Shown: piece by piece, positions 1-10,096 of the stretch
Position numbering within the stretch: position 1 is the stretch's first letter
How the letters are laid out: the number at the start of each line of letters is the position of its first letter
IMG/VR virus record: IMGVR_UViG_3300031965_000053
Location: 1 to 46,353 of that record
Length of the DNA stretch: 46,353 bases
Origin: a virus
Lineage: Duplodnaviria; Caudoviricetes
Direction: 5' to 3' (one strand)
Program-made: the position numbers and the translations under genes
The notes under the pieces: model-generated
What the model was told of the DNA's origin: nothing
The model's input: only the letters and a program-made list of their open reading frames with translations
The model's database searches: none

Positions 1-3000
1 AGGGCGCGCACCGCGCCGCGCACGACCGTGTCGAGCGCCCCCCGAACGCCGAGCTGGTCGGCCACGGTTTCGATGGGCCCGCCGCGCACACGCACCCCGC
101 CGAAGGCCTGGAGGAGCGCCTCGCTCGAGGTCACGATTGCGCCGGACCGCGTGGGCGGGCGCTCCACGTACCGCTTTGCTTGGGTGGCCTGGCCGCCCAG
201 GAAGGGCGTCGGAGATGGAATGAGGAGGCGCGCGAGCTGCCCGCCCGCGTTCGCCAGCGCGTCGGTGCGGTCCTTGAACGGCCGCCCCGTGAAGATGTCG
301 CGGCCGGACAGCGCCGTCATGCCGGCGTTCAGAAGGGGGTTGCCCAGCACGAACTGCCCGCCGGCGTGGACAGCCATGCGCATCGCGTCCCCCGGCAGGG
401 TGTCGGGGAGCTCGAGCTCGTCGGCGATCCGGCCGGACAGGCCCATGGGGGACCGGAACAGGGTCCAGGGGTTCACGCCCGGCAGGGACAGCGAGAAGAA
501 CTGCCCGGTGTCCCCCAACGGCAGGGTCAACGTCGAGCTCATCGCCATCCAGCCCGGCATCCCGCCGCTCTGGCTCTCCATGATTTCCATGGTCGCAACC
601 GGGTCGACCCCGCTCGCGGCGAGCGACACGAGGTTGACGGCGGGGGTGACCGCTGCCATACCGGCCGCGCGCATCGGCATGAAGCGCGCCCAGTTCGTGG
701 CGATTCGCCCCATTTCCCAGGGGAAGCTCGTGACCGCGGAGCCCAGCGGATTGCGGCTCAGGCGTCGCACGGCGCGCGGCACGGCCGAGTAGTTCTGCAT
801 GAACCGATTGATGTGCTTGGCGGCGTCTTCTGGACTCCACCCCTTTTCGAGCAGGTACTTGAAGCCCGCCACGCGGTGGACGTTCGAAATGCGCGAGTAG
901 ACCTCGCGGCTCGTGGACCGCACGGACCCCTGTAGGCCGGTGGGCGCCCCAGAGATCCGCAGCGCCAGGGTTTCGGCGGCCTGGAGGACCCGGCGAATGC
1001 CGGTCTTGCGCGAAATTTTCCCCAGCGCGTGCGTCAGGGTGGCCCGCTCTGCTTCCAAAGCCTCGAGGGCCTTGGGGCCGGCGCGCACCGAGAACGCCTT
1101 CGGGTCGGAGATCAAAGCATCGACCTCGAGCAGGCGGTCCGCGATCTCCACCTCGCGCGCGGTGCGCGGTGCCCCGATTCCGTCCACGAGGTCCTCAATC
1201 AGCGAAGCGTGCTGTATGCCGTCCGGGGCGGCCTCGTCGCCGCCGAACATCCGCGCCAGCGCGTTGAACTGGTGCTGCCGGTTGAGGTTCGCGGACCCAA
1301 TGACCGTGTCGTCCAGGACGCCGTGCTCGACCACCAGCGCGTAGAAGGCGCGCTCGTCGTCCGTGAGCGGCCCGGGCAGCTTACCGCCCGTCTTCCCGAT
1401 GCGCCGGAAGTGGGCTTTCGGAATCGCGTGCGGCCCGCTTTCCCCAAAGAGCACGCGCCACGCCAGCGTGCGGGACTGGCGGCCGAGGTTCGAGTACAGG
1501 TAGTCGCCCCCGAACGCCATGCGGGCGAAAATTTCGCGGTCCATCAGAATGTTCGACGAGATCGTGACGGGGTTCCGAGCGATCGCGTTCGTGCCGATCA
1601 AGGCCTTCGCGAACTCGGCGGCGCGCCCGCCCGCGGCCAGCACCCGACCGACCGCAGTGGCGCCCAGGCCGCCCCCGAGCGCCGACTCGCGAAGCGCAGC
1701 GGCCACTTCGGACAACGCGTCGAAACTTTCGAGGAAGTGCTGTACCTCGCGGAACACGCGCTTGGGCACGAACTTGCCCTTGATCGGGCCGAACATCGGG
1801 GAGTCGGGCACCTGCGTGAAACTTTTCTCCCGCGACACGTTTCGCGGGATCGCCTTCCACGCCGAGAATTCGTCCTTGCTCATCGCCCACTTGGGGCGGT
1901 CAAACGCCCCCAGGAAGCGCGCGAGCGACGTATCGCGCGCCAGAGTTGAAATGCGCGAGAGGGTGGACTCACCGGCGGGCAGGAGTTGCAGAAAATCCGC
2001 AAGCTCGCCGACGGGGGGCAGAATTTTGACGGTGTTGCCGAGGTCGGTAAGGCCGGCGCGGCCAGCCTTCCCCTCCAGGTCTCCCAGGTCGCGCAGTCCG
2101 TAGTGCTGGCCGACCCAGTCGATGGCCTGCGCCTCGGTGTCGTGCTCCACAATTTCTTTCCCGGCCCGTCCGCGGTCGATGACCGTTCGGAAGCGGGTCA
2201 GGTGGCGCTGCGGCAAGAACTCGTCCATGCTCGCACCGGTCAGCGCCTGAATCTGCTGGACGCCCGGCTGCTCGGCCAGGGCCGCGCGGGCGTGCTTCGA
2301 CAGCAGCCGCGGGGTCTCGAAGGCCCGGAACAGGTGCGGGAAGTAGGGCTCTTTGAGGCGCGCAAGCTCAGTTTTTTCGACGATCCCGGTGCTCGCCGCG
2401 TCGTCGAGTAGGCGCATCAGGAATTCTTCGTTGTCGAACAAAAGCCGCTCGACCGCATCGTTAGGCGAGAGCGTACCCAGGTGTTGGGCGATGTCGGGTC
2501 GCTGTGCCAAGAACTCGCGCATCGATGAGTAGTCGCCCTCCGCGGCACTCTTCACTGCGGAACCGTAAGCGGTACGCTCGCCGGGGGACATGGCATGGTA
2601 CGCGGCATCGAGCTCCTCCACGCGCAGGCCGAAAATCTGCATCTGTAGCCGCGTGGTTTTTTGCGCGTCGGCGGAGGCCCGAATAGCCTGGTTCAGGTTG
2701 CCGTCCCCCAATTCCAGGGTGCGGACACGAAGTCCCGCGGCCTTCGCGTTCTCGGTGCGCCGTACCCAGGCGCGCACGTTCGCGACGCGCTCTCCGATAG
2801 GGGCAACTTCCATGCCAAAACCATCATCCGGCGTAAAGACGGCGTTTTCCGGATCGGCAATAAATGCGGCCTCGCGCTCTTTCAGAATGCGGCGCGCGAC
2901 ACCGGGCAGCATCACGCCGCCCGACTCGTCAAGATACGCGACGGTGTTGTCGAGGAGCCCAGGGGCCCGCAAGAATTCGGCGCCGAACCTTCGGCGAACC

Positions 3001-6000
3001 TGCTTTACTGCCGTGAGATGGCCGTCGACTGCCTTCCGCCACGTCTTTGCCCACTTGCCGGGGTCTGTGCTCTGCGCGAGTCGATCCCGCAAGCTCCAAC
3101 CGGACGAGAACCCCCCGGATTGAGAGTAGAGAAGCTCGAGGTCCGCGACGTCGAGCTCTTCCATGAGGCCCGGCACCTTGTCCAGTTCTACCGGGTGGTC
3201 GAACGACTGGCGGCGAAGGTCCTGGGCGAGGTCGAACCAGCGCGTCTCCTTCCTCGTGACGTCCTGGAGTAGAAAATCGATTTCCGGGTGCTCCGCCGGG
3301 GTGGCCAACTGGCGTAGCACCCGAAGCTCCTCGCCTTTAATGAAGGTTCGCTGCCGCAGGTACTTCAGGGCGTCGAGTTGCTGCGTCCGTACGGTTTTTT
3401 GCAGGATACGCCAGTCGTTCACGATCGGGAGCCACTTGGCCCCGAACTCTACCAGGTCCGCCCCGACAGTCGCCGCCCCCGACTCGAGCTTTCCGAACGC
3501 GCGATCCCAGGCCTCGAAGACCGGGCGCGTGCCGGGCGTGGAGCGGAGCCATTCGCCAACTACACCGCCCTCGCGAAGCCCGAACAAGGACATCGGCACG
3601 TCCTGGAGCATATCGTCGGTGATCGGAATGTTGAGCTCCGCGAGCTGTGCGAGCCGGTCCGCGACGTTCTCGGATTCCGTCGCGATCGACGCGTAGAGCT
3701 TGGGCCCGCGCCCGCCGGTTCGCGCCCCGATCGTTTGTGCGATCGTACGGAGAGCCCCCGGTGCGTCCGGCCCCGTGACCGCCGACCAAACTTCTTGCGG
3801 CAACGAAAGCTCGTCCGAGAGCTTCGCGAGGGTGCGCCGGTCGACGCCGGCGAGATTGCGCCGCACCTCGTGTACGTGCTTTCGCAGGCTCGAGATTTTT
3901 TCTCGCCTCTTCAGGTCGTCGAGCCCCAGAAACTCGACCTCGTGGTCCTTCATTGCGGCCTCCGCCGAGGCCCGAACCTTCGTCAGGGCGTCGCGCGTGC
4001 GCTCTGGGGTGGTGTTCGTGAGAACCGTGGTCGCGGCGTCGCGGAGCCGCTGGGCGCGAGCCGGCGACCAGTGCGCCAAGTCCGATACGGCGGTGCGCAT
4101 TCGGCTGGCGGCGAGCGCGCTCCGTACGATCTCGCGCCCCGGGACGTTCTGAGAGAAATCTGCAACGGCCTTCCCCAGTGCCCGGACCGGCCCAAGGGCC
4201 GCCCCAAGGACAACGCCCTCGACCACCTCCTGCGCAACGAGTTCCGAGGGATTTGACATCGCGGTCTCGAGGGAGTCGCGCATTCCCGCTCCGAACACGG
4301 CCCAAGCGACCCGCAGGCTGGCGCGGAAGTGATCGCCCGACCAAAAGCCGGAGCTGGAGCGCGCGCGAATGGCGTCGGCCGACATGTCGGACACGTCTTG
4401 CCCCGTGGGGAGCGGGCTTTTTTCCAGCACCCGAACGCGCTCCTCCTCGCGCAGCCGTCGAGTTTCTTGCATGAAGAGTTCGGCGGTCAGAAGCGTGGGG
4501 TCCTCGCGCGCGATCCCCTGAAGCGCGGCGGCTGCGGCCAGGCCGGCGCTGGCGCCGTCGGGTAAGAATAGATGCGTTGCGGCGTCGAGGAAGCCCTCCT
4601 GGTCGGATGCTGAAATCAGCTTGCGGACCAGGTTGCGGTCCATCGTTCCGTCGGCGACCTGCTGGCGGAGCAGGCCCAGGTCGTCGCGCGAGAAGACCTC
4701 TCCAAGAACGGAGGGCGCGGGCTCGAGGCCCGACTTCTCCCGGACCACGCGTTCGAACTCGTCCTCGGGCGCGGCGAGCAGGCCGGCACGCGCCATGCGC
4801 CCGACGTCCTGCACCGCGTCTACTGCCTCCGTGACGCCCCCCATAATGGTGCTGAGGAGCTGCACCGCCGACGAATCCATGAAGGTGCGTTCGCCCACGT
4901 CGGTGCGCTGGTCGAGCTGGGAGACGCCGAGGTCCGCCTGGACGAGCTGCGGGTAGCGGTCCTCGAGCTTCTTGTCGGCCCAGCGGGTCAGGGAGAATCG
5001 AGTGTTGGGCGCACCCGCGCGCGCGAGGCGCTCCAGGTGCTGCTCGGTCAGGCGCGACACAAGCGCGGGGTGCGTGCTCTGAATCGAGGTGGCGTGGTTT
5101 TCGGCCTGCGGGGCCCCGAGCGCAGCGAACCGAGAGCGCTCTACCGCGGAAACCCACAAGCGGCGCAGGGCCCCGTCTGCGTCGTTCGCGGGGCTGTTGG
5201 CGTCCCCCGCATAGGCCTCGAACAGCCAGGCGTGTAGGTTGTGGCCCAGCTTGAAGCTGTCGGAGATGTTCCCCGCCTCCCGGTCGAACCGCTGCAACTT
5301 CTGTGCCGACAGGGCCTGGACGCGCTCCTCTGGTAGCTGTTCGGGGAACCACATCCAGTCGATCAGGCGTCGAGCGGAGCCGGCGCGGTCCGCCGAGATG
5401 TGCTTCTCGCTCTCGTCGGATCGGTCGAACGCCCACGCGGCGCGCAGCTGGAACGCCTCCTGCACGTCAAAGTCCCCGGCGCGGGCCCCTGTGACTTGCA
5501 GTCGGTTCGACAGCTCCGCCAGCCGAACGAGATCCCGGTCCTCGGGACCCTTGCCGGCGAGGCGCAGCCGGGTCATTTTCTCATTGATGACGCTGCGGGC
5601 GTCTTCGACGACACGAACCGCAAATTCCCGGGCGATCCGCGGGTGCTCGTCGGGCATCACCTCGCCCTCGGTGGAGTACAGGTTGTGGCGGTAAGCGGCC
5701 ACAAGGTCCCCAAAATCTCGAGGCGTGAGCGTGTCCACGCCCCCCAAGGCGCCTGCGAACTGCGCCGCGAGTCCGCGGGCCCGACGCTCCACGGAGGCCT
5801 CCAGGCCCGGGAACGGTCGGATCAGGCGCCCCGCAGAGGCCAGCCCGCGAACCGCCTCGGCCCCGGTGCGGGGCAGCGGGCGGTCGTCGCCCCCCAAGGC
5901 CTGGTTTTGCAGCGCAAGCTGCGCCGTGTCTCCGGGCGCACGGCCGGCGGGGAGGGCTGCCTCCTCGTCGTGGCGCGCGGTCTCGAGCAGGGAGCCCAGC

Positions 6001-6155
6001 CGCCCCATCGGGACACGCGGAGCCCCGGCGCCGCGGAACCGGTCCAGGTCGCGCGAGACCGCGTCGTCTACGCTGGACGGGGCCGGCAGCGGGCCGGGCT
6101 GTGCGCCGCGGAACTTGCTGAGGTCTTGCTTGATGAGTTCTTCGGGGAGCGGCAT
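1..6155 (-). CDS. Giant internal virion/DNA-ejection protein (>2050 aa, 3' end outside window), large-polyvalent-protein-like C-terminal region
   Basis: Not in the ORF track. ATG at 6155 (MPLPEELIKQDLSKF). Manual translation of most of this frame found no stop down to base 1 (...VADQLGVRGALDTVVRGAVRA), and the track lists no closed ORF in this frame. Contains YFPHLF, FGPIKGKFVP, NPVTISSN and NPLLNAGMTALSGRDIFTGRP. Last gene of the ejection-protein block. Confidence 0.85.
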   Translation of the reverse strand, partial: MPLPEELIKQDLSKFRGAQPGPLPAPSSVDDAVSRDLDRFRGAGAPRVPMGRLGSLLETARHDEEAALPAGRAPGDTAQLALQNQALGGDDRPLPRTGAEAVRGLASAGRLIRPFPGLEASVERRARGLAAQFAGALGGVDTLTPRDFGDLVAAYRHNLYSTEGEVMPDEHPRIAREFAVRVVEDARSVINEKMTRLRLAGKGPEDRDLVRLAELSNRLQVTGARAGDFDVQEAFQLRAAWAFDRSDESEKHISADRAGSARRLIDWMWFPEQLPEERVQALSAQKLQRFDREAGNISDSFKLGHNLHAWLFEAYAGDANSPANDADGALRRLWVSAVERSRFAALGAPQAENHATSIQSTHPALVSRLTEQHLERLARAGAPNTRFSLTRWADKKLEDRYPQLVQADLGVSQLDQRTDVGERTFMDSSAVQLLSTIMGGVTEAVDAVQDVGRMARAGLLAAPEDEFERVVREKSGLEPAPSVLGEVFSRDDLGLLRQQVADGTMDRNLVRKLISASDQEGFLDAATHLFLPDGASAGLAAAAALQGIAREDPTLLTAELFMQETRRLREEERVRVLEKSPLPTGQDVSDMSADAIRARSSSGFWSGDHFRASLRVAWAVFGAGMRDSLETAMSNPSELVAQEVVEGVVLGAALGPVRALGKAVADFSQNVPGREIVRSALAASRMRTAVSDLAHWSPARAQRLRDAATTVLTNTTPERTRDALTKVRASAEAAMKDHEVEFLGLDDLKRREKISSLRKHVHEVRRNLAGVDRRTLAKLSDELSLPQEVWSAVTGPDAPGALRTIAQTIGARTGGRGPKLYASIATESENVADRLAQLAELNIPITDDMLQDVPMSLFGLREGGVVGEWLRSTPGTRPVFEAWDRAFGKLESGAATVGADLVEFGAKWLPIVNDWRILQKTVRTQQLDALKYLRQRTFIKGEELRVLRQLATPAEHPEIDFLLQDVTRKETRWFDLAQDLRRQSFDHPVELDKVPGLMEELDVADLELLYSQSGGFSSGWSLRDRLAQSTDPGKWAKTWRKAVDGHLTAVKQVRRRFGAEFLRAPGLLDNTVAYLDESGGVMLPGVARRILKEREAAFIADPENAVFTPDDGFGMEVAPIGERVANVRAWVRRTENAKAAGLRVRTLELGDGNLNQAIRASADAQKTTRLQMQIFGLRVEELDAAYHAMSPGERTAYGSAVKSAAEGDYSSMREFLAQRPDIAQHLGTLSPNDAVERLLFDNEEFLMRLLDDAASTGIVEKTELARLKEPYFPHLFRAFETPRLLSKHARAALAEQPGVQQIQALTGASMDEFLPQRHLTRFRTVIDRGRAGKEIVEHDTEAQAIDWVGQHYGLRDLGDLEGKAGRAGLTDLGNTVKILPPVGELADFLQLLPAGESTLSRISTLARDTSLARFLGAFDRPKWAMSKDEFSAWKAIPRNVSREKSFTQVPDSPMFGPIKGKFVPKRVFREVQHFLESFDALSEVAAALRESALGGGLGATAVGRVLAAGGRAAEFAKALIGTNAIARNPVTISSNILMDREIFARMAFGGDYLYSNLGRQSRTLAWRVLFGESGPHAIPKAHFRRIGKTGGKLPGPLTDDERAFYALVVEHGVLDDTVIGSANLNRQHQFNALARMFGGDEAAPDGIQHASLIEDLVDGIGAPRTAREVEIADRLLEVDALISDPKAFSVRAGPKALEALEAERATLTHALGKISRKTGIRRVLQAAETLALRISGAPTGLQGSVRSTSREVYSRISNVHRVAGFKYLLEKGWSPEDAAKHINRFMQNYSAVPRAVRRLSRNPLGSAVTSFPWEMGRIATNWARFMPMRAAGMAAVTPAVNLVSLAASGVDPVATMEIMESQSGGMPGWMAMSSTLTLPLGDTGQFFSLSLPGVNPWTLFRSPMGLSGRIADELELPDTLPGDAMRMAVHAGGQFVLGNPLLNAGMTALSGRDIFTGRPFKDRTDALANAGGQLARLLIPSPTPFLGGQATQAKRYVERPPTRSGAIVTSSEALLQAFGGVRVRGGPIETVADQLGVRGALDTVVRGAVRA

Positions 6156-6201
6156 GCTTTTGCTCTAAGTCTATTGGGTGCGGGACTTGCTTACTTGATG
6201 G

Positions 6202-7224
6202 TTATCGCTGCGAGCTGGTGGTCAGCCCGTCGATGAGCTCGCCCACGAAGGAGTCGGCGGCCTCGCGGTCCGGGATTGTTTTGCGAATCGCGCTCAGTAG
6301 GCGACCCAGGCGCTCCTCGTCCACCGTGCCGTCGGGGCCCCGCAGGCGAGCAGAGTACGACCGGAGCAGGGAGTTCGGGCGCCGGCGTGCGATGTCGGAC
6401 GCGATGCGAAACACATCCATCGAGCCCTGCCCCTCGCCCAGCGTTCCGGGGTTGATCGCGAACGCGGACAGGATGTCGTCCTCGACCGTCGCGGTCTGCG
6501 CCCCCAACATGATTTCCTCGAACCCGGCGTCCGACCCGGTAAGCAGGTGGAACCCGTCGCGCTGGAATCGCTCCAGCGGGCGGGTGCCGGAGAGGTCGCG
6601 CACCGCGGTCTCAAACTCCTCGACGGTCTGCTTGAGCTGGTCGGCACTGGTCGCGTCGAACAGGTTCAGCGCCTTCGCGACCTGCTGCTGCAACATCGCA
6701 TCCAGCGGGTTCTGCTCCGCCTGCAGGAGCTTCTGGCGGAGGTCCCGCACGTCCTTCAAAGATGCGTTCTGGAACGGCGTGAATCGCGCGTCGTTTCGCG
6801 CGATGGTGCGGGCGGCCTCCTGCTCTTGGAGGTCGAGCGCACGGGCGTTCGTCTGCGCGCGCAGCTGGGACTGGTCCCCCGTCCCAGAGCCGGCCAGGGC
6901 TGCCCGCACCCTCTCGTTGTCCAGCTGTTGGGCAAGCCGCGTTTGACGAACATCCTCGGCCTCCGCGGTTTCTCCTCCAGCCAGTTCGCGCACACGGGCC
7001 TGGCGCGCCGCCTCCTGCACCTGGGCGTTGAGCTGCGCCTCCTGGATTTTCGCGAAGCGGTCACGGGACGCGAGCTCTTTCTCGCGCATCGCCATGAGCT
7101 TTTCGGCTTCCTGGAGTTGCTGCTCGAACGAAATGCGCTGGATCTGGAATTCCTGTTGCCGCTGAAAATTTTGCACGAGTACCTGGGAGGCCTCGAGCAG
7201 GGTACGGCCGATGTCGTCTGCCAT
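6202..7224 (-). CDS. Putative internal virion (ejection) protein, coiled-coil, 340 aa
   Basis: Q/E/A-rich helical ORF with AGGA RBS, between pilot-like genes and the giant ORF. Confidence 0.75.
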   Translation of the reverse strand: MADDIGRTLLEASQVLVQNFQRQQEFQIQRISFEQQLQEAEKLMAMREKELASRDRFAKIQEAQLNAQVQEAARQARVRELAGGETAEAEDVRQTRLAQQLDNERVRAALAGSGTGDQSQLRAQTNARALDLQEQEAARTIARNDARFTPFQNASLKDVRDLRQKLLQAEQNPLDAMLQQQVAKALNLFDATSADQLKQTVEEFETAVRDLSGTRPLERFQRDGFHLLTGSDAGFEEIMLGAQTATVEDDILSAFAINPGTLGEGQGSMDVFRIASDIARRRPNSLLRSYSARLRGPDGTVDEERLGRLLSAIRKTIPDREAADSFVGELIDGLTTSSQR

Positions 7225-7232
7225 TTTGTGTC

Positions 7233-8594
7233 CTACGTGAAGAACGGTACGTCGGGTGAAAACAGGTCCGTGCGAAACCTACCGATGTCCGCGATGGACG
7301 ACGACAGGCGCTGCCGCTGTGCGTCGAGCTCGGCCTGCGGGATGCCCGTGCGGTCTTGCACCGTTCGCCGATTCCCGGTGAGCGGGCTGCCCACCGTACG
7401 CGACGCCGTGCGCGTGGTCGGCAGTCCGGCCAGCTCGGACTGCTGCCGGCGAAGCAGGTCGATGTCCCGCGCGCTCCCGCCGATCTGCCCTTGAAACTGC
7501 TGTAGCTCTCGCAGGGTCTGAAGGTTTTCGCGCACTCCGGACTCGAAGACCTCGCGCCGCGCAAAGCCGCTGGACGATAGGCCGAGCACGAGCTCCGCCT
7601 GGCTCGCGAGGTCCGCGCCCTCAAACGCCAAGAAGGCGGTGCCTTCGGCGCGGCCCCTACCAATACTGCTCGTGCCGCTTACGATCTCGGCCGTTACATT
7701 CTCTGCGCCGCCAAAGCTGACACCCAGGCGCTCTTGTGCGAGCTGCGCAAGCTGGCGGGGGTCGATGCCCGCGAGAACGTTGTGGAACCCGCCCGCCTCC
7801 TGGAACGTCCGCAGCCCCAGGCGCCGGAGGAGCTGGTCGTTTATCTCCAGGTTCAGCCCCGTCGTTTGGCCTGCGCGAAGTCCGATGTCGAGCTGGGGGT
7901 GGGGGGAAAGCCGCCCGCCCTCGGGCGACAGGACTCCGATCTGCTCGCGAATGGACCGCTCGACCGCCCCGATTTGCCCTTGGATGGCCGACTGGGGGTC
8001 GAGAAACGGCTGTAGGGTTTCGAGCGAGGTCGTGCCGAAGAGCTGCGCGAACGCCGCCGCGCGATCCCCCCCAGCGCCGGCGAGGGCGCCCTGTACGCGT
8101 CGGTTGACCGCGGCGCCCCCCTGGCTCAAGCCCAGGGCCCGCAGGCCCGCAAGCTCGGTCGAGAACGCCCCGAAAGGCGCGGTGTCCTGGGCGCGCACGC
8201 CGCCGGCCAGGTCGATGAACGCGGCGGACGGACCTTCCCCGAACCGGGTCCCCTCGTCCTGCACCGACCCGGCCCCCAACTGGGGCAGGATATTCCGCCC
8301 CAGAGACTGGCCGAGGAATTCGGCTGCCGACACGCGGTTGGACGCCGAGAGCTGCTCGCGCAGCCGGGTCGCGGCGTCCTCGGCAGCAGCGCCGCGGAGC
8401 CCGCGAGCGAGCCGGTTTTTCACCAACGAGCCCGCGATGCCCTCCTGGCGCCCAGAAAGTTGACCGCTGAAAAGCTGCTCGAACGCCGCGCCGGTTGCCA
8501 GCGAGCGCTGCGCCGCGCCGCCGCCAAGCACCTCGTCGAGGCGGGACTGACTGCCGGCCTCGAGCCTGAGGCCTGGAGAGGCTACCGGGGGCAT
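7233..8594 (-). CDS. Putative internal virion (ejection) protein, 453 aa
   Basis: G/A/Q-rich ORF tightly packed in the operon; position matches podovirus core proteins. Confidence 0.7.
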   Translation of the reverse strand: MPPVASPGLRLEAGSQSRLDEVLGGGAAQRSLATGAAFEQLFSGQLSGRQEGIAGSLVKNRLARGLRGAAAEDAATRLREQLSASNRVSAAEFLGQSLGRNILPQLGAGSVQDEGTRFGEGPSAAFIDLAGGVRAQDTAPFGAFSTELAGLRALGLSQGGAAVNRRVQGALAGAGGDRAAAFAQLFGTTSLETLQPFLDPQSAIQGQIGAVERSIREQIGVLSPEGGRLSPHPQLDIGLRAGQTTGLNLEINDQLLRRLGLRTFQEAGGFHNVLAGIDPRQLAQLAQERLGVSFGGAENVTAEIVSGTSSIGRGRAEGTAFLAFEGADLASQAELVLGLSSSGFARREVFESGVRENLQTLRELQQFQGQIGGSARDIDLLRRQQSELAGLPTTRTASRTVGSPLTGNRRTVQDRTGIPQAELDAQRQRLSSSIADIGRFRTDLFSPDVPFFT

Positions 8595-8597
8595 GAA

Positions 8598-9323
8598 CTA
8601 TCCTCCGAACAAGCTGCCGAAAAAGCCACCGCCGCCGGCGCTCTGGTTCTGGTTTTGTCCCCGGCGCGACCGCAGGGCGTCCAGCTCTTGCTGGTTTTGC
8701 TGCATCTGCTGAAAGCCGAACCCGATGTTCGCGCCACCGAGAAGGCCGGAAGCCGCGCCCGACAGGATCGCAGACGTGCTGCCCCCGGACGCAAAGCCTG
8801 CTTCGAGGCCCGGGGCAACGCCCAGGCCCGACACGTTGAGGCCCGTGGCCCGGCCGATGTGAATCGGGAGCTCGAAGCCCAGGATCGACTGGCGCAAGGT
8901 CTCGGGGAGCGTGCCAAACTGCTGCACCGCGGGCAGCAGGGACGACCGCAGGTTCTGCGTGAATGCGCCCAGCGCGCGCGCCTCCGAGACCGCCCCGATC
9001 GTGGAGCGCCGCAGCCCGCGCGACTCCTGTGCGACCCGGAGCCCCTTCGTCAGGCTTTCCGCGAGCGGAGAACTCTCGGGGTCCGAGAATGTACCGCGCA
9101 GGAACTCGGTGCCCAGGCCGAGCAGGGTGCCCGGCCCGGTGAGCGCGGCAATGCGCTCGTCCGTGAACTCACGCGCCTTCGTGATCGCCCCCGCTTGGCG
9201 TTTTCGAAAACGCCGGAAGGCCTTTTTGCTTTCTCGGGCCCCAAAGAAGGAGCCCAAGCCGCCCGTGATCCCCCCCAGAATAGAGGTGATCAGGGCCGCT
9301 TCATTTCCGCCAGATTCTGCCAT
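8598..9323 (-). CDS. DNA pilot/ejection protein (P22 gp7-like architecture), 241 aa
   Basis: ATG at 9323 with AGGAG RBS. N-terminal Gly-rich hydrophobic segment ALITSILGGITGGLGSFFGA followed by a basic helix; Gly-rich C-terminus GGGGFFGSLFGG. Confidence 0.7.
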   Translation of the reverse strand: MAESGGNEAALITSILGGITGGLGSFFGARESKKAFRRFRKRQAGAITKAREFTDERIAALTGPGTLLGLGTEFLRGTFSDPESSPLAESLTKGLRVAQESRGLRRSTIGAVSEARALGAFTQNLRSSLLPAVQQFGTLPETLRQSILGFELPIHIGRATGLNVSGLGVAPGLEAGFASGGSTSAILSGAASGLLGGANIGFGFQQMQQNQQELDALRSRRGQNQNQSAGGGGFFGSLFGG

Positions 9324-9331
9324 TTCTCCTC

Positions 9332-10096
9332 CTACACAATAAATCGGGCGCCGCCGCCCCACTTCACCCTGGCATAGGTATAAGTCATGCCCGAGTAGTT
9401 AGACACGAAAAAACAGCTCTGCCCGATGTTGCTGTCGCACGTCAGGTTCCCGTTATTCGGCGCACCGATCAGGCCACCGAACCTCGGACCCCCAAGAACG
9501 CCCTGATGGTGCGTGCCGTTGAATCGCCCTGAGTTTCCAAAGTGCTGCGTACTGACCCCAGTGTCGGGGGCCGGGTAGCACACCCTGGGTAGCCCGTCGA
9601 TTGCTACGCGAATCCATGCCCCGGACTGGGCCGTCTCGCCCTCCACGTAGAACGTGTTCACCGGGGGCAAGCCGGACTGGTTCACACCGATGTAGGTCGG
9701 GCGGTTTTGCCCCGCGATGAGCGACGCGTTGCTTGCGTTCCCCAGAAACACGCGACGGTCAAACCAGGGCGACACGACGGCCCCGGCCGGGATCGGCTCC
9801 CCCGCCAGGCACGCGCACTCGAACACGTCCGGTCCGATCGCGAGCCACAGCGAAACTCCCGTCCCGTCGATCTCGTCGTGGTAGCAGTACATCAACTGCT
9901 CGCCCTTAGAGAAGAACAAGGTGCCGGGCGTCGGGGACCCGCTGGCTTCGGACAGCGACGAGCCGACTTGCACGGACAGCGTGTCCGCCGAGAAGTCACT
10001 CGCCTGGACGTCCGCGATGGCCGCGTCAGTCCAAATGTCTTGCAGCGTCTGGCGCGTAATCGCGCCGGTGAGGTCTGTGAGGACGGAAAGTCTCAT
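9332..10096 (-). CDS. Fibre/spike-like virion protein (paralog 3), 254 aa
   Basis: ATG at 10096 overlaps the upstream stop (ATGA). PGTLFFSKGEQLMYCY motif shared with 10842..11618. Confidence 0.65.
   Translation of the reverse strand: MRLSVLTDLTGAITRQTLQDIWTDAAIADVQASDFSADTLSVQVGSSLSEASGSPTPGTLFFSKGEQLMYCYHDEIDGTGVSLWLAIGPDVFECACLAGEPIPAGAVVSPWFDRRVFLGNASNASLIAGQNRPTYIGVNQSGLPPVNTFYVEGETAQSGAWIRVAIDGLPRVCYPAPDTGVSTQHFGNSGRFNGTHHQGVLGGPRFGGLIGAPNNGNLTCDSNIGQSCFFVSNYSGMTYTYARVKWGGGARFIV

Noticed and set aside
3337-5436. 699-aa minus ORF and the many plus-strand ORFs over 1-6200
   Set aside because: Arg/Gly/Pro-rich off-frame or antisense shadows of the giant ORF, expected in high-GC DNA.
1-6155. 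Giant ORF as an N4- or crAss-like virion RNA polymerase
   Set aside because: No DxxGR, motif B or DxDxD catalytic signature seen in the translated portions; a profile search is still needed to exclude it fully.
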